A DNA stretch of 64,000 nt. Origin: Acidimicrobiales bacterium. Lineage in GTDB: Bacteria > Actinomycetota > Acidimicrobiia > Acidimicrobiales > Aldehydirespiratoraceae. Both the position numbers and the translations under genes were made by a program. Where the stretch lies: the NCBI GenBank assembly GCA_963422655.1, contig OY730440.1:1908054-1972053 (forward strand). Reading direction: 5' to 3'. How positions within the stretch are numbered: position 1 is the first letter of the stretch; every line of letters begins with the position of its first letter. Of the stretch, positions 45,747 to 56,323 are shown in pieces. Below the pieces are notes generated by a model. It saw only the letters and a list, made by a program, of their open reading frames with translations. It was not told the DNA's origin and did not search any database.

Positions 45747-46942
45747 GCGACGAGCTGTTCCTCGAGATCGTGACGGATCCCAGCGTCATTCCCGATCCCT
45801 ACCCGCACCTGCGCCGGCTGCGCGAGACGGCTCCGGTTCACAAGCTGAGCTTCACCGACTACTGGGTCCTGACCCGGTTCTCCGATTGCCGGGCCGTGCT
45901 GCGGGATCCCCGGATGGGCCAGCCCGAACCGACCGACGACCCCCCGACTCTGGTACCGGGGGCCGGTCGGGATCGGGGCGAGGAGAGGTCGCTGCTGTTC
46001 CTGAACCCGCCCGACCACACCCGGCTGAGGTCTCTGGTCAGCCGGGCTTTCACTCCTCGACGGGTCCAAGGCCTCGAAGCTTCTATCGCGGCCATGACCG
46101 ACGAGCTCCTCGACGAGCTGGCCGGGACGGGCGGCGCGGACGTGATCGACATGTTGGCCTTCCCGCTGCCAGCCAACGTCATCAGCGAGCTGGTCGGGGT
46201 GCCTCGCCGGGACCGGGACTGGCTCCGACCGCTGATCGCGGATCTGTCCGCCACCCTGGAGCCCGGGTTGCTCGCCGATCCGGAGCGGGTGCAGAGATCC
46301 GGGGAGCAGGTCGGGGCTTACATCGACGACCTGATCGAGACCCGACGCCGCCAACCTCGAGACGACCTGCTCTCGGGACTCATCGCGGCCAGCGACGGCG
46401 AGGACCGGCTCACCCAGGAGGAGGTCGCTCTCACCACCTCGCTCATCTACGCGGCCGGGTTCGAGACGACGAGCAATCTGATCGGCAACATGGTCCATGC
46501 CCTACTGCGCTACCCCGACCAGCTCGCCCGACTGCGGACCGATAGGTCGCTGGTGGCCACCGCGGTGGACGAGGTGCTCCGCTACGAGCCGCCGGTGCAG
46601 ATCGACGGTCGCTATGCCTTCGAGGCAATCGAGGTCGGGGGCGAAGTGATCCCGGCCGGTCATGCCGTTATGACCCTGCTGGGAGCGGCCAACCGCGATC
46701 CGGCTGCGGTCACCGATCCCGACTGCTTCGACGTGGGCCGGGCCGAGGTTCCCATGCTGTCGTTCTCCTCGGGGATCCACTACTGCCTGGGTGCATCACT
46801 GGCCCGGCTGGAGAGCCGGGTGGTACTGGACCGGCTTCTGGACCGGTTCGGCACCTGGGAGCTGCTGGAGGGGGACCCGCCCTGGAAGCCCCGCTTCACG
46901 CTGCGAGGCCTGGCCCGTCTGCCGGTCCGCTTTTCTTCTTGA
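45743..46942 (+). CDS. Cytochrome P450
   Basis: AGFETT, DEVLR, FSSGIHYCLG; ATGA overlap with psuG. Confidence 0.96.
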   Translation: MSDELFLEIVTDPSVIPDPYPHLRRLRETAPVHKLSFTDYWVLTRFSDCRAVLRDPRMGQPEPTDDPPTLVPGAGRDRGEERSLLFLNPPDHTRLRSLVSRAFTPRRVQGLEASIAAMTDELLDELAGTGGADVIDMLAFPLPANVISELVGVPRRDRDWLRPLIADLSATLEPGLLADPERVQRSGEQVGAYIDDLIETRRRQPRDDLLSGLIAASDGEDRLTQEEVALTTSLIYAAGFETTSNLIGNMVHALLRYPDQLARLRTDRSLVATAVDEVLRYEPPVQIDGRYAFEAIEVGGEVIPAGHAVMTLLGAANRDPAAVTDPDCFDVGRAEVPMLSFSSGIHYCLGASLARLESRVVLDRLLDRFGTWELLEGDPPWKPRFTLRGLARLPVRFSS

Positions 46943-47167
46943 GTTGCCTCTTGTCGAGTTGCCGCCCGGCGTAGCGGCCTCGGGCTCGGTGGGGTCGGGG
47001 TTGCGTCGACTTCTCGGCTAAACCCGAAGACTGCTCGAGGAGCTGACAACCGTCGGCGGCTTGCAGCTCAACCGGGTTCTCGGGCGAGACTCAGCCGGGT
47101 TCCCTGTCGAGACCTGACCGAACGGCCGCCACCGATACATCCGAAGTCGACACACCCACACCTTCCA

Positions 47168-48601
47168 TCACACCCCCCATTGGTAGGCAGTTCTGCCGGC
47201 TGGCTCGACTCGGTTTTCTTGCTGGATCTCTTGCCGAATCGTTGTGCGTTCGTCGCGGGGGTGGCCGCCGGGGTTTGGCGGATCGGACTGATGGTGGCTG
47301 TGGTGACGGCCGGTCGGATCGGGCGGTTCGAGTTGTGGTCTGCCGTTGCGGTGGGTGATCTGCCAGTTGTGGTCGTGAATGTTGTGGTGGCACCGCCAGC
47401 AGACCAACACCAGTTCGGTGATACGGGTCTGCCGTGACAACGAGAAGGGCACGGTGTGGTGTGCCTCACACCGTTGGGGCCCGGCCCCGCATCCGATGCA
47501 GCCGCCGTCTCTGGCAATCAACGCCCGCCACTGCGCTTTGGTGGCGGTGCGGAAGGTGGCTCCGTGATGTAGAGGTTTGCCTTTGTCGAAAAGAATCCCG
47601 CTGAGATTGGCGTCACATACGAGCCGTTCGAGCACCGTCGGGGGTATGGGCCCGCTGCCTGCGATCTCGCACCGCCCCGCCGGGTTGTCGCCGGTCAGCA
47701 CGTCGAGATCGGCCACCACGATGACCTCCGCTCGGGGTCTGCCGCCATTCTGGTTCTGCGAATCCTTAGGAGCGATCGTTCCTGCGGTGAGCTCTTCGAG
47801 AGCGTCGGCCATCAATTGACCGAAACTCCGTCTCGTCTTGCCGAGGCTGGCACCGTCATCTGTAGAACCCGAACCGGGCTTACCGCTTCCAGCGGGGCCG
47901 TTGCCGCTGTTTTCAGGGGCGCCAGTGCTAACTGGGCCGTATGTGCTGCTGTGTTCGCAGGCCAGCCTCCGATCCTGTTTTTGCAACTCTTTGGCTGCTT
48001 GCTCGACGCGGCTGCGGATCCTGGCGCCGGTCTCGGGATCGAGCTCACCGCGAAGATGGGTCATGCCGTGCCGGTCCCAGATCTTCAGATATCGCCGTTG
48101 TCGCTTGCGCAGGTAATCGCCGTGGCCGTGGTCATCGGAGTGGCGCTGGGTCCAATCCTCTACCTCGGACGCGAAACGATCAGGTGACAACTCTCGGGCC
48201 TTGGCCAGCAGAGCTGTCGCAGCATCAACCGACTCTGGTGTGGTGCGTTTGGCCGCATCCACCAGCCGTCCGGCGTTACCCAACGCCACCTCACCGGCAT
48301 CGACCGCGGAACGCAGACCGGGCATCTCGTCCAATACCTCAGCCGCGCTCACGCTGCGACGAGCCTGCCACCTGGACTTACCGGCCCGCTCACCCAATAC
48401 TTCTACCCCGCCATCGCCATGCCGCTCACGTAAGGCGATCAGCCGAGCCAGATCGGTCTGCACCGCCTCCAGCCTCACCTCGACCGCTTTGGTCCGAGAC
48501 AGCGCGTCCTTCAGATCTGCGACCGGTTCACGTCCGGTGCGGATCGTCTCCAACGCATCGGCCAAACCGGCGGCAACGCGGTCGATGGCCTGGATCAACA
48601 T
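47168..48601 (-). CDS. DUF222-HNH endonuclease (13E12-repeat family)
   Basis: G.LDPETG, MADAL, RLVCDA, RDGGC..C....CEAHH...LVLVC..CH. Confidence 0.9.
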   Translation of the reverse strand: MLIQAIDRVAAGLADALETIRTGREPVADLKDALSRTKAVEVRLEAVQTDLARLIALRERHGDGGVEVLGERAGKSRWQARRSVSAAEVLDEMPGLRSAVDAGEVALGNAGRLVDAAKRTTPESVDAATALLAKARELSPDRFASEVEDWTQRHSDDHGHGDYLRKRQRRYLKIWDRHGMTHLRGELDPETGARIRSRVEQAAKELQKQDRRLACEHSSTYGPVSTGAPENSGNGPAGSGKPGSGSTDDGASLGKTRRSFGQLMADALEELTAGTIAPKDSQNQNGGRPRAEVIVVADLDVLTGDNPAGRCEIAGSGPIPPTVLERLVCDANLSGILFDKGKPLHHGATFRTATKAQWRALIARDGGCIGCGAGPQRCEAHHTVPFSLSRQTRITELVLVCWRCHHNIHDHNWQITHRNGRPQLEPPDPTGRHHSHHQSDPPNPGGHPRDERTTIRQEIQQENRVEPAGRTAYQWGV

Positions 48602-48629
48602 GCCAAGACATTAGTTGGGGGGTGTGACA
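48602..48629 (-). promoter_or_regulatory. PafBC/RecA-NDp-like leaderless promoter TGTCAC-N10-TAATGT-N6-ATG
   Basis: Same geometry as the mycobacterial TGTCGG-N10-TANNNT motif. Confidence 0.65.
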
Positions 48630-48868
48630 ACAGCAGCTGAAGAACACTCCGCAGTTGCTCGGCCCAAGGACAATTGGATTCTCCAAGTGGTTATGGTGAT
48701 CTGTGGGTTCGAGACGGCAGCGTTGCTGCGACTGCGCAGCGGTTCGGGGGGTGTTGTTTGCTCGTGTGTTGTGTCCGTGATCATATCGTCGGAGGTGGAG
48801 GCTCGGGTGATCGCGGCGCGCCTCGAGACTATGGCCGGTGAACTCGGGCGAGAAGGCCGATTGAGTAA

Positions 48869-50038
48869 TCATCGAATCGGCTGTGATATGACCGGTATGT
48901 CAGTCCTTTGGAGATCATGATGTGGTCCGAAGGGGTCGGTTATGGGCGGACGTTCCGATCGCACCGCCAGCCGTAGTTGCCGGAGGCGGTCGCTGGCCCG
49001 GTAGTAGCGGCCTCGCCGTTCTCCGACAGCAACCAGGAATCCGAGATCGACTATTTTCTTGAGATCGGATGAGGCCACCCTCTCGCTGACGGCTGCGTAA
49101 GCGATGTGATCGGATCTCCGGACCCGGAACCCCATGGCCGCGTTGTACAGCGACCCCATGTTTCGCTCGTCCATACCGGCCCCGATCCGTTCTTGATCGA
49201 GAAGGCTCCACAGTCGGTCGGTCTCGGTTATCTGGTGATCGAAGACGGTGGCCTGATGATGATGGGCCCGAAGTGCGAAACGTAGCCAGGGCCGAGCATC
49301 ACGTTGCGGGTTCCATACGGGTCCTCCGACCTCGTTCAGCACCCGGTAATAGGCAGTGGTATTGCGCCCGAGGTAACCTTCGATACTGGAGAAATGTGGG
49401 TCGAGCGTGCCCTCACGCCCCAGCACCAGGGTTTGAAGTGCTCGTGACATCCGACCGTTCCCGTCCTTGAACGGATGGATCATCACAAAGTTGAGGTGGG
49501 TCATAGCGGCTTGAACAATGGCCGGGACCACCTTGCCGGTATCGCTCAGGTGATGTATCAGCTCTTCGATCAGTTCGGGAACCTTCCGGGCATCGGGGCC
49601 TTCGTAGACCGGGTCTTGACCGTCGTGGACGTAGATGGCGCCGGGGCGGTAGTGACCGGGACGGCAGCGGGGGTCGTTTTTCGTCATCATGTAGTGGATG
49701 GCTCTTACCACCCCGTCGTTGTAGGTGAAGTGCTCATCGGCAGCGAGCTGAAGTATGTAGGTCATGGCATCCCAGTAGCCGTGAACTGCATTCCAGTCGG
49801 AGCCGGTTGCCTCGAACGGTTCCACACCGTCGACGGCGGCGTTGGCGTCGTCCCGGCTGACATGGAACCCCTCGATGGCATTGGAGGACGCTACGTTGGC
49901 GGCAGCCACCGATCGTCGCAGGGGTCCGAACCAGCGGCGGGGTTGGTGCAATCTCGACCTAAGGCGGCGCTGGGTGTCTTCGATGGAGGCGAGCACCGCG
50001 TTCTCGGTGTCGTCCAGTTCGGGAGTTTGGAATAACAT
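48869..50038 (-). CDS. Fic family protein with C-terminal HTH
   Basis: SNAIEG; HPFKDGNGRMSR. Confidence 0.94.
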   Translation of the reverse strand: MLFQTPELDDTENAVLASIEDTQRRLRSRLHQPRRWFGPLRRSVAAANVASSNAIEGFHVSRDDANAAVDGVEPFEATGSDWNAVHGYWDAMTYILQLAADEHFTYNDGVVRAIHYMMTKNDPRCRPGHYRPGAIYVHDGQDPVYEGPDARKVPELIEELIHHLSDTGKVVPAIVQAAMTHLNFVMIHPFKDGNGRMSRALQTLVLGREGTLDPHFSSIEGYLGRNTTAYYRVLNEVGGPVWNPQRDARPWLRFALRAHHHQATVFDHQITETDRLWSLLDQERIGAGMDERNMGSLYNAAMGFRVRRSDHIAYAAVSERVASSDLKKIVDLGFLVAVGERRGRYYRASDRLRQLRLAVRSERPPITDPFGPHHDLQRTDIPVISQPIR

Positions 50039-50085
50039 ATCCGTAATTCCCTTACCAAGAGTGCTTCATCGTTTATTAAAGGCAC

Positions 50086-51264
50086 TCAGTCCCACAATTG
50101 CACCTTCTGACTGCCGTAAGGGTCGTCGGCTGGCCGAGCCGGCCGCATGGTGCGGATCTCGTGCCAGAAGTTGTGTACCTCGGGGGTGGGCTCGTAGTAC
50201 CGGGTCCGTCTTTCGCCCACTGGCTGCAGCAGGCCGGCGCCAGCCATGGCTGCGAGATCTCTGGTGGCCATCGTGTTACTGATTTCCTCACCGGTCGTCG
50301 AACGTATGATCTTCACGTACAGCGAGCGGCGTAGTTGCCAACCCCTGGCGGCGTCACAGAGTGCACCAACTACTCGATCGGGCAAGTTGTGACGGGCCGC
50401 GGCTTGTTCGCAGCGATCCCAGAGGGCTTCTGTCTCGGTGATCCTGGTGAGCAGGGTCCGAGCCTGTCGGTAGTGCGCGGTCAGGCAGAACCTGATCCAT
50501 GAGCGGGCGCTTCTCTGGGGTGACCATGTTCCTGCCGACACTTCGCGAAGAGCGTCATAGTAAGCCAACGAGTTGTGGCCGAGGTACGCCTCGATGCTGC
50601 AGAACGCCGGGGCCAGTACGCCATCACAGCTCAAAATGAGGGTCTGCAGGCAGCGAGCCATCCGACCGTTGCCGTCACTGAAGGGATGTATCAGGGTGAG
50701 GTTGAGATGAGCCATGGCCGCAGTCACCATGGTGGGAGCCTTGGCGCTGGAGATCTGGTCGAGGAGCTCGTCGATCAGCGGCTCGACCGAGTCCCGCTCG
50801 GGAGCTTCGTAGACGACGTCGCCGTTGGCGTCTTGCGCCCACACCGCCCCCGGTCGCCACTGGCCGGGATGCTTGGAGAGGTCGTATCCGACCATCATGA
50901 AGTGCAGCGACCGCAGCAGCGAATTGTCGATGGTGGGTGATGTCGGCGCGAGCTGGATCACGAAGGTCATCGCATCGCGGTAGCCGGCGATTGCCAGCCG
51001 GGTCTCGTCGGTGACCGTAGGCGGTTCCTCGCCGTCGATAACCGCGGCTACGTCCTCGACGCTGGCGTGGTATCCCTCGATGGAGTTCGATCCCTGCACC
51101 GCCCGAGCCAGAGCGGCCCGGCGAAGCGTTCCGTACCAGCGGCGCGGAGGATGCACGTAGAAGCGCAGATCGTTCTGCAGCTCGCCGATCCGTTTCAGTG
51201 CGAGCTCATCGGCGTCCGACAGAGACGGAATCGAGTAGATCACCCGGTCGATTCTAACGCGCAT
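50086..51264 (-). CDS. Fic family protein (paralog)
   Basis: SNSIEG; HPFSDGNGRMAR. Confidence 0.94.
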   Translation of the reverse strand: MRVRIDRVIYSIPSLSDADELALKRIGELQNDLRFYVHPPRRWYGTLRRAALARAVQGSNSIEGYHASVEDVAAVIDGEEPPTVTDETRLAIAGYRDAMTFVIQLAPTSPTIDNSLLRSLHFMMVGYDLSKHPGQWRPGAVWAQDANGDVVYEAPERDSVEPLIDELLDQISSAKAPTMVTAAMAHLNLTLIHPFSDGNGRMARCLQTLILSCDGVLAPAFCSIEAYLGHNSLAYYDALREVSAGTWSPQRSARSWIRFCLTAHYRQARTLLTRITETEALWDRCEQAAARHNLPDRVVGALCDAARGWQLRRSLYVKIIRSTTGEEISNTMATRDLAAMAGAGLLQPVGERRTRYYEPTPEVHNFWHEIRTMRPARPADDPYGSQKVQLWD

Positions 51265-51295
51265 AGCTACTCAGTGCATCCATAATTTATATATG

Positions 51296-51363
51296 TAACA
51301 TACTGATATGTTAAAATCAAACGACCGCGAAAATTAAACGACCGCGAAAATCAAACGGCCGCG
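51296..51363. repeat. Palindrome TAACATA-N4-TATGTTA followed by three 17-bp tandem repeats (AAAAT[C/T]AAACG[A/G]CCGCG)
   Basis: Read directly, upstream of the Fic pair. Confidence 0.85.
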
Positions 51364-51394
51364 GTGAAAAGCCGGACCCGATACTGGCTCAGGG

Positions 51395-52270
51395 TCAGCG
51401 GCCTTTCCATCGAGGGGGCCGGCGGTCCCGGAAACTGGCCACGCCCTCGGCGGAGTCCTGCGTGCGGCTGTTGAGCTCCACTGCCATGGCCTCGTCGTGG
51501 GCCATGGCGGCCCGATCGGCGTCGAGGCTCCGGTTCACAAGCCATTTGGTCAGCCCGAATGCTCGGGTGGGTCCGGAGGCCAGCCGCTCGGCCCATTCGG
51601 TGGTGGTGTCGCCCAGGTCGGGGTGGGCGACGACCCGGTTGACCAGCCCCAGCTCCAAGGCCCGCTGGGCCGGAAGGTCCTCGGCCAGCAGGAACAGCTC
51701 CATGGTGCGGCGGGTGCCGATGATGCGGGGCAGCAACCAGGGCCCGAGAGCGTCGGGCACCAGCCCCCGCCGAGCGAAGACCTCGATGAAGCGAGCCCGG
51801 TCGCTGCTGATCACCAAGTCGCAGGCGAAGGCGAGATGGGCGCCCATCCCGGCCGCGGTGCCGTTGACCGAGGCGATCACCGGCACGTCACAGTCGAGGA
51901 CGGCTCCGAACAGCCGGTACTGGCCGTCGAGCATCATGCGCCTGATGTCGCCGACCGCCGGTTGCGAGCCGACCCCGGCCTGATCGGCTGAGACGTTTGG
52001 ATCCGGTTCGGGGTCGCGATCGGGTCTGAGGTCGGCGCCGGTGCAGAAGAACTGGTCGCCAGTTGCGCCGATCACTGCGCACCGGGCCGACCGGTCGGTG
52101 TTCAAACCGTCGAGGATGTCGCGGATACGGTCCCGGCCCTGCGGGTGCAAGGCGTTGCCGACAGCGGGTCGGTCGATGGTGATCCAGGCCACACCGTTGC
52201 GATGCTCCAAGCGGATCTGCTCGGCGATCGGTCGCTTGGCCGGCCGGCCGATTGGCCCGTCGGTGGTCAT
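51395..52270 (-). CDS. Enoyl-CoA hydratase/isomerase family
   Basis: FCTGADL, VNGTAAGMG, ACD, GLVPD, GLVNRV. Confidence 0.92.
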   Translation of the reverse strand: MTTDGPIGRPAKRPIAEQIRLEHRNGVAWITIDRPAVGNALHPQGRDRIRDILDGLNTDRSARCAVIGATGDQFFCTGADLRPDRDPEPDPNVSADQAGVGSQPAVGDIRRMMLDGQYRLFGAVLDCDVPVIASVNGTAAGMGAHLAFACDLVISSDRARFIEVFARRGLVPDALGPWLLPRIIGTRRTMELFLLAEDLPAQRALELGLVNRVVAHPDLGDTTTEWAERLASGPTRAFGLTKWLVNRSLDADRAAMAHDEAMAVELNSRTQDSAEGVASFRDRRPPRWKGR

Positions 52271-52288
52271 AGCTGGCAAGCTACCCCC

Positions 52289-53074
52289 ATGCCGATACTT
52301 ACCAGTCATCCCGAAGGCGCCCCATCCTGGGTCGACCTGGCCACCACCGACCCGTCCGGAGCCCGGGCCTTCTACGGGGCCCTGTTCGGTTGGTCGTTCG
52401 ATATCAATCCCATCGAGGGTGGCGGTGAATACGTCATGGCCACCAAGGGAGGCCACAGCGCAGCCGGGATCTTTCAACAACCTCAGGACCAGATCGATGC
52501 GGGCATGCCCCCGCTGTGGAGCGTCTACGTCACGGTCTCAGACGTGGACGAGGTCATGGGCCGGGTCGCCCCGGCCGGGGGGCGGGTGTACATGCAGCCC
52601 TTCGAGGTCATGACCGCGGGCCGTATGGGCGTCGTCGGTGATCCCACTGGGGCTGGTATCTGCCTGTGGCAGCCCCGTGACAGCATCGGCGCCGAGCTGG
52701 TCGGCGAGCCGGGCGCCTTCTTCTGGGCCGAGCTGCACACTTCCGGCGCCGCCGACGCCGCGGCGGCCGCAGCCGACTTCTACGCCGCCGTTCTGGGCTG
52801 GGAGTCGACGTCGGCGTCCGAGGGGCCGTTGGGGCCGACATCGATGTTCGTGGCGGCGGGCAGCCCTGTCGCCAGCGCCGTGACTGTCCCTGCCGATCAC
52901 GGACCGCCCCACTGGCAGGTGTACTTCGGGGTCGAGGACTGCCACGCCGCCTGCGAGACGGTGATCGCCGCTGGTGGCGCCGTGGTGCTCGACCCCATCG
53001 ACACGCCGCCGGGCCCGATAGCGGTCATGACCGATCCGTCCGGAGCGGCCTTCAGCGTGGTCGGCTTGGGCTGA
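52289..53074 (+). CDS. Two-domain VOC/glyoxalase (CFP32-like)
   Basis: WVDL.T.D, FY.ALFGW, DPTGA, present twice. Confidence 0.92.
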   Translation: MPILTSHPEGAPSWVDLATTDPSGARAFYGALFGWSFDINPIEGGGEYVMATKGGHSAAGIFQQPQDQIDAGMPPLWSVYVTVSDVDEVMGRVAPAGGRVYMQPFEVMTAGRMGVVGDPTGAGICLWQPRDSIGAELVGEPGAFFWAELHTSGAADAAAAAADFYAAVLGWESTSASEGPLGPTSMFVAAGSPVASAVTVPADHGPPHWQVYFGVEDCHAACETVIAAGGAVVLDPIDTPPGPIAVMTDPSGAAFSVVGLG

Positions 53075-53106
53075 TCGGCTGGATCGACGGCACCCCGGAC
53101 TCCGCC

Positions 53107-54669
53107 ATGGCCTCCACCGAAGCACTCGGGCTCTGGAGGATCGCCGAGTCCGATCCCGACCGTCGAGCCGTCGTCGATCCCGATCACCGGTCGGTGACTT
53201 TCTCCGAACTGGCTGCGGCCACCAACCGCATCGCCTCGGGGTTGCGGGCGGCTGGGCTGGATCGGGGCGATCAGGTCACCACGTTGCTGCCCAACTGCAT
53301 CGAACAGTTGGCGGTGTGTTTGGCTGCCTACCAGTCCGGTCTCTACGTCACCACCGTCAACTGGCACTTGGTCGGCCCCGAGATCAGTTACATAGTCAAC
53401 GACGCCGAGACCAAGGCCCTTGTCGTTCATACCCGCTTCGGTGCCGAGGCGGTGCGGGTGCTCGAAGACTGCGTCACCCCGAAAGCCAACCGCTTCGCCG
53501 TGGGCGGACCGGTGGACGGGTTCCGGCCCTTTTCCGAACTGGTCGACCCTCATTCGCCCGACCGGCCCTCCGACCTCGCCACCGGGTCGTTCATGTTCTA
53601 CACCTCGGGCACCACCGGCCGCCCCAAGGGAGTGAGAAGAGCACTCGATCCCCGCCACCCCGACGAGGCCGCCGCTGCTTCGGGAGGCCTGCTGATGCTG
53701 TTCGGCATGACCCCCCACGACGACAACGTGCACCTCACCCAGGCCCCGCTGTACCACACCGCCGTCAACTCCTGGACCACGATGGCGATGCACATGGGTC
53801 ACACCGCTGTGCTCATGGATCGCTGGACGGCCCCGGGCGCTCTGGAGCTGATCGAGCGCTACCGGGTCACCAACTCCCACATGGTCCCGACCATGTTCAA
53901 CCGCCTGCTCCAGCTCCCGGTCGAGGTGCGGGACAGCTCCGACGTGTCGTCGCTGCGCCACATGATCCACGCCGCTGCCCCCTGCCCGGTGGAGACCAAG
54001 CGCAGGATGATCCAGTGGTGGGGGGACGTGGTCTGGGAGTACTACGCCGCTACCGAAGGAGGTGGCACCTACGTGTCGGCCCAGCAGTGGCTGGCCAAGC
54101 CGGGCACCGTCGGCAAACCCTGGCCCGGTTGCGAAGTGATCGTGGTGGACGAGAACGGAGCCGAGCTCGAGCCCTTCGAGTCGGGCACCGTCTACATGAA
54201 GATGCCCGGGGCCTCATTCGAGTACAAGGGTGATCCGGCCAAGACCGACAAGAGCCGCCTGAGAGGCTTCTTCACGGTCGGAGACGTCGGCTATCTCGAC
54301 AGCGACGGCTACCTGTTTCTCAACGACCGGGCCGGCGACATGATCATCGTTGCCGGGGTCAACATCTACCCGGCTGAGATCGAAGGAACCCTGGTTCAGC
54401 ACCCGGCCGTAGGCGACGCAGCCGTGTTCGGTGTGCCCAACGCCGACACCGGTGAGGAGATCAAGGCGGTGATCGAGCTGAGGGCGGGCTGGGAACCGAC
54501 CGAGGCTACGACGGCGGCCATCATGGAGTGGCTGCGGGTGAGGGTGGCCAAGCAGAAGCTGCCCCGCTCCGTGGACTACACCGCCGAGCTGCCCCGGGAC
54601 CCCAACGGCAAGTTGTACAAGCGCCGGCTTCGCGACCCGTACTGGCAGGGGCATTCCACGGCCATCTGA
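53107..54669 (+). CDS. Acyl-CoA synthetase
   Basis: YTSGTTGRPKG, EYYAATE, VGD.G, GKLYKR. Confidence 0.94.
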   Translation: MASTEALGLWRIAESDPDRRAVVDPDHRSVTFSELAAATNRIASGLRAAGLDRGDQVTTLLPNCIEQLAVCLAAYQSGLYVTTVNWHLVGPEISYIVNDAETKALVVHTRFGAEAVRVLEDCVTPKANRFAVGGPVDGFRPFSELVDPHSPDRPSDLATGSFMFYTSGTTGRPKGVRRALDPRHPDEAAAASGGLLMLFGMTPHDDNVHLTQAPLYHTAVNSWTTMAMHMGHTAVLMDRWTAPGALELIERYRVTNSHMVPTMFNRLLQLPVEVRDSSDVSSLRHMIHAAAPCPVETKRRMIQWWGDVVWEYYAATEGGGTYVSAQQWLAKPGTVGKPWPGCEVIVVDENGAELEPFESGTVYMKMPGASFEYKGDPAKTDKSRLRGFFTVGDVGYLDSDGYLFLNDRAGDMIIVAGVNIYPAEIEGTLVQHPAVGDAAVFGVPNADTGEEIKAVIELRAGWEPTEATTAAIMEWLRVRVAKQKLPRSVDYTAELPRDPNGKLYKRRLRDPYWQGHSTAI

Positions 54670-54706
54670 GATCGCCGACGACGCCTATCCGGGCCATACT
54701 GGGACG

Positions 54707-56293
<1,587 letters not shown>

Positions 56294-56323
56294 GGTGGCA
56301 GCACTGGCGCGACGGGGGCCAGC

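Noticed and set aside
48615-48920. ORFs between HNH and Fic as an antitoxin
   Set aside because: No motif or start signal; both Fic proteins carry their own inhibitory motif
51313-51363. Mini-CRISPR or plasmid iterons
   Set aside because: Repeats abut with no spacers; no rep or cas gene
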